DNA of 64,000 nucleotides from Octopus vulgaris (GCA_951406725.2 OX597832.1:41788001-41852000), one strand, 5' to 3'. Shown: positions 12,554-26,244, numbered from the stretch's first letter. The notes: a model not told the origin generated them from the letters alone. Translations and numbers: made by a program.

Positions 12554-12799
12554 CATGTATATATACATACATATATATATGTATATGTATGTTTGCATTA
12601 TGCATGTATGCCCATACATACGTATGTATATATGTTTGTATGCATGTAGATATGCATGTATGTAGGTATGTATATATGCACACACACACACATATAATGT
12701 TGGCATGTATATATAGAAGAGAATGAGGTAGTGAATTTTTGTGTCTTTCGGTCTTTGAATGATGAAGACAGAGTATGTGAACATGTGCAAGATCTAATT

Positions 12800-12939
12800 T
12801 CACTACTTATTCTATCAGTCTCTATTGCTGAACCACTAGGTTACAAGGATGTAAATACACCAGCAGTGGTTGCCAAGCAGTGGGGGTGGGGGACACAAAC
12901 ACAGACATGCACACATAGATATATATGTAAACATATCTA

Positions 12940-13031
<92 letters not shown>

Positions 13032-13145
13032 TATATTTATATATTATTTATATTATTATATGATCAAATGCCACACATCCTTTTCCAAGAATATATATAT
13101 ATGTATATATATGAGAGATAGAGAGAGAGAGAAAGATAGATAGAT

Positions 13146-13210
<65 letters not shown>

Positions 13211-13312
13211 TACGACAGGCTTCTTTCAGTTTCCATCTACCAAATCCACTCACAAGGCTTTTGTTGGGCCGAAGCTATTGTAGAAGACACCTGCCCAAGG
13301 TGCCAAGCAGTG

Positions 13313-13313
<1 letters not shown>
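12800..13313 (-). mobile_element. SINE family B split by (TA)n and (GATA)n expansions
   Basis: tacttattctatcagtctct...ggacacaaacacagac, then microsatellites, then gacaggcttctttcagtttccatctaccaaatccactcacaaggc. Confidence 0.7.
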
Positions 13314-13347
<34 letters not shown>

Positions 13348-13801
13348 GAGTAGAGAGATAAAGATGGACAAACACATATATGTGGTATTATATCATTTAT
13401 AAAAGATGTTACATAAATGTAACCAGAGATATATTTGACAAAAAATATATATATAGTCTTTGATTACCTTTAAATTTGTTTAAAAAATTCATCAAGGGAG
13501 TAGAAATTATAATCAACACATAAACATGATACCTAAATATGATGAAGTTTGAAGCATTGAGGTGCTGAAAATTACAAAATTATTAAAAATTACATTCTGC
13601 ATTGCGTAAATGAAGTTTTTTAAACCATTTACTTTTAACCATAGATCAATACACCCCCATCATAAATAGCGATTAACACATATTTTAACCTAATATCCTC
13701 ACCCTAGGTTTTATACAGCTTTCTTCATCTATTTACATGTATAAACTAGGCCTATTAGAATTATGATATACCTGTATTAGGATTTCTTTAAGTGTCTAAA
13801 G

Positions 13802-14023
13802 CAGTGCTTTTCAACCTTTTTGCTGGAGCGGAACCCCCAAGGAAACATTTCCACTGGCTCAAGGAACCCCTGTGCAATAATTTAATTGTCTTATGCACAC
13901 ATATCTGCACAGGAGAATTAAAAATTACTCCCTATTTTAGCAGTTTTGTAACTTCTTGTGGAACCCTTGGACTGTACTGGCGGAACCCTAAGGTTCTGTG
14001 GAACCCTGGTTGAAAAACCACTG
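13802..14023. mobile_element. hAT (Charlie-type) MITE
   Basis: TIR CAGTGCTTTTCAACC / GGTTGAAAAACCACTG with perfect 8-bp TSD gtctaaag. Confidence 0.9.
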
Positions 14024-14319
14024 GTCTAAAGTTTTGTTTATAGTTATATAATTATCTTTTTTATAACTCCATCCTTATACATTTTATAAATTCCCTTTTA
14101 TTCTTCTTCTTATTCAATCATTTTCCTGTTCCTTTAATTTTATTTCTTTCATATTTTTACTACGGCTCCTCTGTCTTGTCTGGTCTATAAACTCCTTGCT
14201 TTTACTGTATTATGAATGTCAAAAAGTCATCTGCCACTAACCATTAACCAGGGGATGCCTGACTGCTTTCTCCTTACCTTTCAATGAATTTTCTTTGATC
14301 TTACTTCTATATTCTGTTT

Positions 14320-14702
14320 GTGGAGGCGAAATGGCCCAGTGGTTAGGGCAGCGGACTCGCGGTCGTAGGATCGCGGTTTCAATTCCCAGACCGGGCGTTG
14401 TGAGTGTTTATTGTCGAAAACACCTAAAGCTCCACGAGGCTCCGGCAGGGGATGGTGGTGATCCCTGCTGTACTCTTTCACCACAACTTTCTCTCACTCT
14501 TACTTCCTGTTTCTGTTGTACATGTATTTCAAAGGGCCGGCCTTGTCACTCTCTGTGTCATGCTGAATATCCCCGAGAACTACGTTAAGGGTACACGTAT
14601 CTGTGGAGTGCTCAGCCACTTACACGTTAATTTCACGAGCAGGCTGTTTCGTTGATTCGGATCAACCGGAACCCTCGTCGTCGTAACCGACAGAGTGCTT
14701 CC
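14320..14702 (+). mobile_element. Full-length tRNA(Arg)-like SINE (family D)
   Basis: Head tggcccagtggttagggcagcggacTCGcggtcgtaggatcgcggtttcaattccc; 11-bp TSD atattctgttt. Diverged copy on the minus strand at ~22590-22900. Confidence 0.85.
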
Positions 14703-15394
14703 ATATTCTGTTTTCTTCAAACTTAGATTTATGATTTGTCATACTGGGCCATGTAAAAATATAGCCCAGGCCTGTGACAATATCCTTTTCTACTCTAGGC
14801 ACAAGGCTCAAAATTTTTTGGGGGGAGGGGACCAGTTGATTAAACCAACCCCAGTATACAACTGGTACTTATTTTATCGACCCCCGAAAGGATGAAGGGC
14901 AAAGTCGACCTCGACAGAATTTGAACTCTGAACGTAAAGACAGACGAATACTGCAAAGCATTTCATCCGGCATGTTAACGTTTCTGCCAGTTCGCCGCCT
15001 TAAGGCCTGTAACAATATCGGTGCCAAACTGTGCTAGTCCAAGCTGGTGGTGGCCTTTTCCTTGACCAAACATCAGTGATATGGAGATATAACACTTGCA
15101 TATATGGACAACTATTAGTCTTCCTCCAAAGAATCTTGCCCTGGCCAACATATACTTGTGCCAATGCATAGCCAACAGATCAGACTGCTAGAAATAGCAG
15201 CTAAATCACTATAAAATGAAGCACTATCAGCTTGCTATATTACACATATCCTCTAAATGGAATGGTCACTACTAGAAAGCCTTGCAAATAAAAGGGTTTC
15301 TTGATTAGGACCAAATTAGTGCTAAGCTGTTAGTATAACTACCACATGATGTCTAGAAAAAGGAGACAAATACACACAGACATATATATGTACA

Positions 15395-16010
15395 TGATTG
15401 TTGCCAGAGCAGCCAACTGGCTTCTGTGCCAGTGGCACATAAAAGGGCACCATTCGAGCATGATCGTTACCAACGTCACCTTACTGGCACCTGTGCTGGT
15501 GGCATGTGTAAAAGGATTCGAGCGAGGTCGTTGCCAGTACCGCCTGACTGGCCCCTGTGCCAGTGGCATGTAAAAAGCACCCACTACGCTCTCGGAGTTG
15601 TTGGCATTAGGAAGGGCATCCAGCTGTAGAAACTCTGCCAAATCAAGATTGGAGCCTAGTGCAGCCATCTGGTTTGCCAGTCCTTAGTCAAAATCGTCCA
15701 ACCCAAGCTAGCATGGAAAGCGGACGTTAAACGATGATGATGATGATGATATATATATATATCGGTGGCACGTAAAAAGCACCATCTGTCCGTGGCCGTT
15801 TGCCAGCTCCGTCTGGCACCTGTGCGGGTGGCACGTAAAAGCACCCACTACACTCACGGAGTGGTTGGCGTTAGGAAGGGCATCCAGCCATGAAACACTG
15901 CCAGATCAGACTGGGCCTGATGCAGCCTTCTGGCTCAGAGACCCCAGTTGAACCGTCCAACCCATGCTAGCATGGAAAGCGGACGCTAAACGATGATGAT
16001 GATGATGATG
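15395..16010 (+). mobile_element. Two tandem RTE 3' end / family C copies
   Basis: Each ends ...gctagcatggaaagcggacg(t/c)taaacgatgatgat at ~15750 and ~16010. Confidence 0.8.
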
Positions 16011-16046
<36 letters not shown>

Positions 16047-17315
16047 CTAAACAGTTAGTATATGTATCCATGCATGGACAAAAGACCCTATTGTTGTAAT
16101 TTAGCTCTACCAAACAAACAAACAAAAAATTTGTAAGGCCTTCCAGTGATGATGATTCCAGTTTTAGGGACCATGTCTAATATATCAAGCTGGTAGTGAT
16201 TCATTCCATGGCCATTTGGCTACTATTTCTAGTAGATTAATATAACTACACAGCTGTTCTCTGGATCTAAACTATTTCACTGCAATACAGAAATATCCGT
16301 AGTATAAGTGATAAATCTATAAATTCTATCCATGAATATATTATATACAAGAATAAGATGGTGAGCAGCAGAATTATTAGCACACCAGGCAAAGTGCTTA
16401 GTGGCGTCCTTTGTTTCCAATATACCATGAAAACCTGCCTGTGCATGGTCAAATATTACCTTCCTTGGAAAAGGTGAGGGTTGGTGAAGGGGAGAGCATC
16501 CCGCTGTACAAAATTTGTCTGAACCTTGCAAGCAAGGAAAAGTGAATATTTCATATATTATGTGGATGATATTTTCAGCTGAGATGTTACAATTAATTGT
16601 ATATCATGGTCCAAGTGCTTCAATTCTGTGTATGTACTTATATTTACTCAATTGCTGACATTTATCAAGGGTTTCTCCCATAGTTTTTATGTGCCTTTTT
16701 CTGTCATTAGTAAAACTATAGGCCCTTTTTTGACGACACGGGTATCCTAGTTATAAACTATACTAGAAGTGAGTAAAAAAGCTTGCTTCATTCAATGTTT
16801 CAATATAAGGGAAATAACTCTAATCCAAGGGAGGTAAGATTATGGCGACCGTTTCTTAAAATATAGATATATATAATACACACATACATACTATTTTTAC
16901 AGGGCATACCTGTACAAATGGGCCCCGATTTCGTTTCCTCATAACTCTAAAAAAAAAATGAGTATTTTTTAATGAAATTTTCTACAAATACCTTTCAGGT
17001 TTAAGGAAAAAATTGATGGGCGTGCACACATACATACTCACACACATCACATATATATATATATATATATAACTACAAAATGAAACATGAAATTTTGAAA
17101 AAAAATGATGTCTGTGTTTCCTATGTGAGGGCGCCCACTATTTTTTTCTTTTTACATTAAATTCTGATATTATACACACCATCCGAAAAGTATTTGTAAA
17201 AAATTTCATGAGAAAATATCCATTTTTCTGAGAGGCAACAATGTCGGCCGTTCGTCTTACCATCTTGAAAGGAAATGAGGAAAAGGCGCGTTAGATGATG
17301 TACCCCTAGATATTT

Positions 17316-17540
17316 ATTTCTTTATTGCCCACAGGGGGCTAAAGATAGAGGGGACAAACAAGGACAGACAGGGGGATTAAGTCGATTATATCGGCCCCAG
17401 TGATTTACTGGTACTTATTTAATCGACCCCGAAAGGATGAAAGGCAAAGTCGACCTCGGCGGAATTTGAACTCAGAATGTAGCGGCAGACGAAATACGGC
17501 TGCGCATTTCGCCCGGCGTGCTAACGATTCTGCCAGCTCG
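17316..17540 (-). mobile_element. SINE family A monomer
   Basis: Reverse complement of the array unit plus head; TSD tgtaccc(c)tagatatt. Confidence 0.85.
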
Positions 17541-18349
17541 CTGTACCCTAGATATTGCTTAAAAGATGGGATAGTAATGATTGAAATAGCATTAATCATA
17601 AATCCATTTAATCAGTGTTGGTCTAGTGTTAAACTACAATAACCTTTTGCATCCCAAAGCTCTGCAGGTCCCGGCGTGACTGTGTTTTAAGGAAAATCGC
17701 TTGGCAGCCAAATGACTTCAGTTCTGTCCCACGTCGCTGTACACCAGGGATGTCTTATGCTATTTGCCCCGGATCGACCAGTGATTTGTGTATGAATAGG
17801 GTAGATGGAAACTGAAAGAAGCCCGTTATATGATATATGTGTGCGTGTAAGTCACTTGGCTGCCAAGCAATTTTTCTTAAAACACGCCGGTACATGCAGA
17901 GCTTTGGGATGCAAAAGGTTATTGTAGTTTAACACTAGACCAACACTGATTAAATGGACTTATGATCAATATTATTTCAATCGTTTCTATCCCATCTTTT
18001 AAGTGATATCTAGATGAAAACTGAAAGAAGCCCGTTATATAATATATGTGTGCGTGTAAGATGTGTTTGTCCACCACCACCGATTGAAAACCCGGGTTGG
18101 TTTGTTCAATTAAACCTTTCAAGACAATCCCTAGAATATGACCGCAATCCAATGACCGAAGCCAGCAAAAGATAAAATGCCGTCTACTTCTGGGCTTATC
18201 TTTTCGCTGGTGAAAGGTCTCTGTTTGTAATGTTTGAATCTTTTCCTCGCAATACACAACTGTGTTCTTTTCTTCTCTTTACCTGTGAACTTATTAAATT
18301 GGTATTTAGGGGCTGAAACTAGAAATATTTGTAGTTGCTTCTTTACGGC

Positions 18350-18730
18350 AGAAGCTTTCAACCATTTTTTTTTCCTACACTTACAAACCCCTTTTGATTT
18401 CTATTTTATTCTGGTGGGTTCCAAGTCACTCGATGTTTACAAATTAGTTTTAAAGCTACTTCTTTCAAAATTCCTATTTTGTTTTTCACATGTTCTTCAC
18501 TTATGTAGGTTTGCAATAGAACTCCCTGAGAGAACATATTTCAGTGGCTAAACTACATAAAACATTAGAGAAAGAAACCCAGCTGTTTTTTTTACAATAA
18601 ATACATCTAAAGTAAAAATTCTTCTTCATTTACCTTGAAGCATGTTCACAGTTTGGCTCTTAAACTTCGAAATACTCACATTTTGGCTCAGCAACATTGT
18701 CTTCTGCAAGTGGTCCCTCGACCATACCCG
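18350..18730. mobile_element. Decayed non-autonomous DNA transposon (hAT-like family)
   Basis: Similar to 43180-43440 and to the starts of the 33261 and 50686 elements. Confidence 0.55.
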
Positions 18731-18880
18731 TTCAGTGCCGATTTAAATCATCCAATCAGATCATTTGTCCGACCAGGAAAGTGTGGTCCGTTCTGAGCCT
18801 ACTCTTTGCTACTTAAGGATACCTTTTCCCGCTATTTTCTTCAATGAGACGGGTTACACGGCAGAGAGCAAGTTTTATTT

Positions 18881-19141
18881 GGATCTTTTTCTTTTGAACG
18901 GCAGATGTCAACACAATTTCTAGTTAACTAAACACTTTTAAACTTCGTATACTGGTAGAATGTGTTTATAAAACATCATTTTTTCTTGGTTTTATTGAGA
19001 AAATTCTATAGTTTGTAACATATTTCCACTATAAAATCGAGCATGATGTTTTATAAACACATTCTACCAGTATACGACGTTTAAAAGTGTTTAGTTAACT
19101 AGAAATTGTGTTGACATCTGCCGTTCAAAAGGAAAAGATCC
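18881..19141. mobile_element. Long-TIR MITE (Mutator- or Merlin-like)
   Basis: ~97-bp near-perfect TIRs starting GGATCTTTT; 9-bp flanks gttttattt / gttttattc. A one-armed relative starts at ~21788. Confidence 0.85.
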
Positions 19142-19299
19142 GTTTTATTCGGCTATGAAAGGAGAGAATTGTCAGCATAGATCTTTGACGATATGCTTTG
19201 TTTTTCCCGCGCACATCACCCGTGTACAAGATGCACGAGGAACCAATTTATTTTTGTTCACAGAATTATTCATGTTGAACCAGTTTGTTGTATCTTCTA

Positions 19300-19809
19300 C
19301 TAGCAGTATCGCCCGGCGTTGCTCGGGTTTGTAAGGGAAATAACTATATAAGCATTTTTAGGGAGTTACTTCCCTTATAGATGCCAATTCGGGCTTTCTT
19401 AGCCATTTCTGTTTTGGTGTCTTCAAGCCATGAAGTCGTTCTAAAAGAACGCTGGTCTCCTTGACAACGCTTTACGACGTTGATTCCCTTACACTCCCTT
19501 CCCCACAGCTTCACGAGGGAAGGAAGAAGGGGGAGAAGCAAACAGGTGCAGGTGTGACCATGGACGCCAACTCCGCCGCCATCGACACACGAAAAATTAT
19601 GCATTAAAATGGAATAAAAAATGATGTTAAATTATTTTTAAAATCGTAGACTCATCGTAGACGCGCGCTAATAGCCAGACTGGCTCGATATTAATTACGA
19701 CTATAAGATACCCGAATTTGGTTAAACTGCACCGCAAAATGTGGGAGGAGTTAGGAATCTAAATCGAAGGGGACAGACACTCACACAACTAGAGTTTTAT
19801 ATATATAGA
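19300..19809 (-). mobile_element. Non-autonomous Helitron
   Basis: Minus strand: A|TCTATATATATAAAAC... 5' end; 3' end ...CCCGAGCAACGCCGGGCGATACTG-CTAG|T with a subterminal hairpin; inserted between A and T with no TSD. Confidence 0.8.
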
Positions 19810-19908
19810 TTAGCAGAGAAATAAATGTGGCCGCCAATTTTAACCTGTCTTCGTATTTTCTTGATGCTCTTTATTCTGACTCGTTTGTAACCAGGAGATT
19901 ATAATATC

Positions 19909-20190
19909 TATTTCTTTATTGCCCACAGGGGGCTAAAGATAAAGGTAACAAACAAGGACAGACAAAGGAACTAAGTCGATTACACCGACCCCAGTGCGTA
20001 ACTGGTGCTTATGTAATCGACCCCCCTCGCCAATGCGTAACTGGTACTTATGTAATCGATCCCAGTGCGTAACTGGTACTTATGTAATCGACCTCGAAAG
20101 GATGAAAGGCTAACTCGACCTCGGCGGAATGTGAACTCAGAATGTAGCGGCAGACGAAATACCGCTAAAGATTTCGCAGGGCGCAGGGCG
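19909..20190 (-). mobile_element. SINE family A with internal triplicated ~31-bp segment
   Basis: ccagtgcgtaactggt(g/a)cttatgtaatcga occurs three times at 19990-20092. Confidence 0.8.
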
Positions 20191-23029
20191 ATAGCCACAT
20201 ACATAACATTTTCACCTCGCTAAAGACTCTTAACATACAACTGTGAGTTCCTAATTTACTATTTTGCTTGCGTGGACCCCAAAAATCTTATATGGACCCG
20301 GGTTCAGAACGATTTTCAGCAAAAGACATTCTCGACGGAAACTATCCAGACTTTTTGCATAACCAAAATATTCTTCTTTTTTTTTTTTAAGGGGAAAAGA
20401 AACACAGCCGGACAATTTTGGACTGTTTCTCCAAGTCCCATTCCTCATTTGAAACGAAAATGGTGGGGGTTTTTTTCCCTTCAATTTTCAGTATTCCTTT
20501 TCATGGCTTTGAGGTACTGTATTCACAATCGGAAGATCGTGGTTTCGCTTCTCGGACCGGTCGGTGTGTTGTTCTTGAATAAAACACATCATCTTGTGTT
20601 ACTCCGGTCCACTCAGCTGTAAATGACTGACCCTGCCGCAAGACTGGCCTCCTGTTGAGGAGGAATCTTGTGGTTTCGGTCAGTTATACACCATGAAAAT
20701 CGGATAACCGAACCTAAGAGTCCTAGGATTCGAGACCTCAATGTCCAGTGGTTGATAATGAGGACAATATGTTTCATATAACAGAAATTAAAAATCGAAA
20801 AGGATTTTTTTTCCTCCAAAAAAGTTTCAAATATTTTTGCATATTTACCACCCACTTCCAGACTCTTTTCCTTTCTCATGGGGCATAAGAGTTTAAAGGG
20901 TAGCTAATGCAGAACTCTGTTAACAGTACAATGTTAAGGAGGGATTTAGCAGCTATTTCAAGCAGATCAAGCCACTACAGTGAGACTCCCTCGTCACAAC
21001 CTACTGGGTTTTTTTACCTTCATGTTATTGCTTTTTTCTTTTCTTTCTTATAAATTAATCTATTGACAGGTCCACTGCACAAATGTAGAAGGCAACGTGA
21101 CTTAATCTTCTTTCAGTGACAAGGAGGAAAATGTTCCTCTCATAACAATTTTATTGTATATCGTGCAATTGCTGTTCAACAGCGGTCAGTTGCAAAACTG
21201 ATGCCATTCAACCGATTCAGAGTTATCAAGGACTATGTAACGTACCCTTTCTTTATTTTAGATGGTAGTATATTTTAGAGAGATTTTGGTTGCTATTTCT
21301 GGCTGGTCCCTTGTTTAGCGAATTATCCCCTACTTTAATACAACAGTATAATACTAGATTAGCTCTTGACAGATATAGCTATTACTTTCTTACTCAGACA
21401 CAAGTCCCTCTTCTCTGCACGCGCGCGTGTGTGAGTGCAAAGAAAAAGAATGAGTTACTTATGGATTTCAACTTTTCATTATAAAATTATTTGTTTGATT
21501 TCATTAATTCAGAGTAAAAGAACTTTAAGAATATGGAGTGGCTGGGTGGAAAAACGAAAAGGGTAAATAAATAATTGAAATAGACGACATAGATGGACAA
21601 GAGCTTAACAAACAAATATATAAATGTATTTCCTAAGTCTTAATGTGGGGTACTATTTAAGAAGAGTGGTCCCTGTACGCACACTCGCGTAGTCGCGCAT
21701 CCGTGCTAGCTAGTCGTAACTAGTCGATCCTACAACGACTACCTAAAACACAAAATAGATAATTTTTTTACACAAAGTAAATAATTTGGATCTTTTCCTT
21801 TTGAACGGCAGTTTTCAACACAATTTCTAGTTAACTAAACACTTTTAAACTTCGTATACTGGTAGAATGTGTCAAAATAAAACAATTTTTTACTCTTGGC
21901 TTTCTTGAGAAAATTGTAATTTGTAAGTTTAACGTAGTTTAATTTTTCGAATTTTAACCAATCAATGGCCTCTATTGAGCTAAAATCATTTGCTGCGTCT
22001 AGATTGGGCATATGGACACATTCCCAATGGAGAGGTATCTGTATACATAGACACACGTACATAAATACAAATTGAACTTTATATACAAGTGAAGAGAATG
22101 TGATACTGTAGTTTATAAATATTCACAATATGGTTGAAGGAAAATACCTCAAGCAAACATTCTGCAAACTAAATACAAATATGGTAATAATAGTTATTCT
22201 GCCAAAATTGGGCACAAGGCCAGCAATTTTGAGGAGAAAAGAAAGCCAATTAGATCAACCCTATTGCTCAACAGGTACCTCAAAACGAGGAAATGAAAAG
22301 TTGACCTTCACAGCATTTGAACTCAGAATGTAAAGAGTCAGAAGAGATGTCACTAAACATTTTGTCCTGCATGGTAATGATTCTGCCAGCTTGCCGCCTT
22401 GATTATTTCTAAATTTGGTTCAAGGCCAGTAATTCTGAGGGAAGAGGAAAACTACCAAGAACAAAAAGCGAAACACAATAGACAAGAGTACACAAAATAA
22501 AGATGAAATGGAGAATAAGAATGTTATCCAAGGGAAAGGCAAAGGGGCCGATACAGCTTGGCACCAGTGATGTCGCAGCTCATTTATTAACGTGCAAGTG
22601 GCAGAGCACTCCACAGACACGTGTACCCTTAACGTAGTTCTCAGGAAGATTCAGCATGACACAGAGTGTGACAAGGCTGGCCCTTTGAAATACAGGTACA
22701 ACAGAAACAGGAAGATAGAGTGAGAGAAAGTTGTGGTGAAAGAGTACAGCAGGGTTCACCACCACATTCCTTGCCAGAGCCTCATGGAGCTTTAGGTGTT
22801 TTTGCTCAATAAACACTCACAATGCCCGGTCTGGGAATCGAAACTGCAATCCTATGACCACAAGTCCACTGCCCTAACCACTGAGCCATTGCGCCTCCAC
22901 TTTAGCATTATTACAAATTAGTGCCAACCCAGAATATCCTGAAGCATCCCCAGGACACCAAAGTCTGCCAAAGGACCTGGTTCACTGTTGTTATTGCCTC
23001 ATTGCTTTCATCATCTCATATCATTATCT

Positions 23030-23248
23030 GTTTCTTTACTACCCACAAGGGGCTAAACACAGAGGGGACAAACAAGGACAGACAAACGGATTAAGTCGAT
23101 TGTATCGACCCCAGTGCGTAACTGGTACTTAATTTATCGACCCCGAAAGGATGAAAGGCAAAGTCGACCTCGGCGGAATTTGAACTTAGAACGTAACGGC
23201 AGACGAAATACAGCTACGCATTTCGCCCGGTGTGCTAACGGTTCTGCC
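23030..23248 (-). mobile_element. SINE family A monomer
   Basis: Family consensus; TSD atctcatatcattatc. Confidence 0.85.
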
Positions 23249-23614
23249 ATCTCATATCATTATCATCATCATCTCACCATTGTCGCTCTCATCTTAGCAA
23301 TGTCATTGCTACACCATTCCCCCATTAGAATGAAATACAACCAAAACCATAGATTATCCAAATTTAGTTCTTTCGCAAAAATTATTGCTTCTGTTATTTT
23401 GTGAATACATACACTTTTACTCTCTCTTTTACTTTGTTTCAGCCATTTGACTGTGGCCATGCTGGAGCACCGCCTTTAGTCGGGCAAATCGACCCCCAGG
23501 ACTTATTCTTTGTAAGCCTAATTGACCAAAATATAAAACGTTAAAAGATCTTTGGGAAAAGATAAATAGCAATATTAAGATTGGAAAACAAATATTTTCT
23601 TTCATTATTCTAAT

Positions 23615-24320
23615 GGTTGTAGCAATGGCAGTGGTAGCAGTGGTGATAGTGGTGGTAACTATGGTGATGGTAGTGGTGGTATGATGGTGGATCACATATT
23701 TTTGGTAGTCTTGCTTATTGGTGGGAAGGGAGGGAAAGTTTTTTTTGCTGGTCTTAGCGGCTATGAAGGGTGGTGTGTAGGTTTGTAGGGTACAGCAGTG
23801 TTGATGCAATCTTGGTGGTGGTGGTGATGGTGGTGGTGGTGGTGGTGGTGGTAATAGTGTTGATGGGAACAAGGTGGTGGTGGTAGTAGATGATCTTGAT
23901 TTTGAATAAGATGGGGTTGAATTTCGTAGTGATGTTTCTTGTGGTGGTGCCGGTGCTGGGGGTTGGTTGTGATATTGGTGGTGATGGTAATTGGAGTGGT
24001 GGCAGTGACTGTAATGGTAGTGATGGGGCTGCAGTGATGGTATTTGTGATAGTTGGGTGATAGCAGGGGTGGTGGCAGTGGTACTGACAACTATCAGTGC
24101 TGGTGGTAGTGGTGAAAGTTATGATTATTACATATTTTAGGTTTGTGAACCAGTATTGATATGTTGTTGTTGTCGCTGCTTTTGTTGTTGCTGCTGTTGT
24201 TGTTGTTGCTGATGCTGCTGCTGTTGTTGTTGTTGTTGTTGTTGTTGTTGCTGCTGTTGCTGTTGTTGTTGTTTTGTTGTTGTTGCTGCTGTTGTTGTTG
24301 TTGTTGGTGGTAGTGGAGGG
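23615..24320. repeat. (TGG)n/(TTG)n/(CTG)n low-complexity tract
   Basis: Direct reading; source of the poly-Q/N/H/P ORFs. Confidence 0.85.
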
Positions 24321-24782
24321 TGGGTGCGGTGATGGTGACAGGGTTGCAGGTAGAAGTAGAGATGGAGATTGTCTGAGAGAGAGAGAGAGAGAGGGACAGA
24401 GACAGAAAGGAAAAAAAAAGGGGGGCAGAGAAACAGACAGACAGACATACTGACGGACAAAAAGAAAGACTGACAGACAAACAGACAGACAGACAATCAG
24501 CTGATGCTAAAAATGTTTTTCAAGATATGACATAACAAAGTATAGGGAAGGAAAGGGGCAAAAAACAGAATAGAGAATAGATTTTGAGGGGGTTTCTATC
24601 CTTTTTTTTTTGTTTTTTTCTTTTTTCTTTTCACGTAACACAAAAAAGGAGACAAAAATAATGGCTTTTACAGCTGACTGAGAAATCTTTCTCATAACAT
24701 CGCATCTGCTCAGAATTCAATGCCGGATTGTTTATTTATTCATTTATTTATTTGTTGTTGTTGTTCTTGCTGATTTTTGTTG

Positions 24783-24814
<32 letters not shown>

Positions 24815-25231
24815 GGTGGTGGGTTTTTTTTTCTCCTTCTATACAACGATCACGAACTGGATATTTCATTCAGATAAGAACGGCAATTCATGGGTCTCAG
24901 GAACTTGATACAAATTGCTTTCTGTTCCTATGGAAAGAAGCATCTTTTTTAATAGCGAGATTTACATAGCGAGGCTTAGCAAGCTGCTGCTTCTGATGTT
25001 GCCAAGGCTGCAGCTAACACAAGGCATCTATGCAGGCCACGGAATTTGGAATATAGATTTTTAAATAGGTACATAGCCTCACATTTATAGGAGAATAAAG
25101 GGCAGAAGACTATGTTCTTGTCGTTGTTGTTGTTGTATGGCCCTAAGTCAGCTCTGACTGAGTAAACTTATGATCGAAAATGTTCCAGCCATGACCATCC
25201 AGTCGAAATATTAATATAGCTAAATATATAT

Positions 25232-25451
25232 ATTTCTTTACTACCCACAAGGGGCTAAACATAGAGGGGACAGACAAAGGGATTAAGTCGATTCCATCGA
25301 CCCCAGTGCGTAACTGGTACTTTATTTATCGACCCCGAAAGGATGAAAGGCAAAGTCAACCTCGGCGGAATTTGAACTCAGAACGTAACGGCAGACGAAA
25401 TACGGCTACGCATTTTGCCCGGCGTGCTACCATTTCTGCCAGCTCGCCACC
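25232..25451 (-). mobile_element. SINE family A monomer
   Basis: Family consensus; TSD aatatagctaaatata. Confidence 0.85.
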
Positions 25452-26244
25452 TAAATATAGCTAAATATAGTGTGACCGGGGAGCGTTCATGTGATCAGAG
25501 ATCACGTGTGGATTTGTATTCCCTCTGAAACTCACAACATGAACTCTTACCTTTTTTTTATTTATGCGCCCTTATCAAGCCTAGCCAGGCTCATGATGCT
25601 TTTTGCATGCTACCGGCACAGGGCTCACAACTACAATTTCCATTCGATTTGATTTTGATATTGTTGTTGATGTTGATGTACTTGACTCAATAGGTCTCCT
25701 TAAGTATGGCATGTCGCCCTACGATCCAAGGTACTTTTGAATGGGCTGGGGCTGGTTTTGTGACACTGGTGTAGGTTATATAACTCTGGTGTTGATATAT
25801 ATATACCAAATTCAACTTTGGTTTCGGGTTCAGTCCCACTGCGTGGCACTTTGGGTAGGTGTCTTCCGCTATAGCCCCGAGCCGACTGGAGCTTTGTGAT
25901 TGAATTCGGTAGGCAGAAGTTATTGCCATGTGTGTATGTGTGCGTATAGCTGCTCAGTGCCTCTCCGATAGAGAGGGTTGAAAGTCAAGCATTGAGATGT
26001 ATTGAAAGATACAGATAAGGAAATAGTTTTATTCTTAAATGCAGGATAATACTAATAATATACCATGAACAGGATAAGCTATCCATATTTTGCAGAAAAA
26101 TCTGTTTGTAGCCAGCCGTGAGACTCGAACACAAATGCATATGATGGGATTCAAACAGTTTCCATCTGCCAAATTCACTCACAGCAGGAAGTTGCAAAGC
26201 AAACATCTTGAGGACATAGCCATGCCTATGTTGGATAAACCTTT

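Noticed and set aside
14321-14395. tRNA-Arg(TCG)-like gene
   Set aside because: It is the head of a TSD-flanked SINE with a second copy at ~22590-22900; the acceptor stem is not intact.
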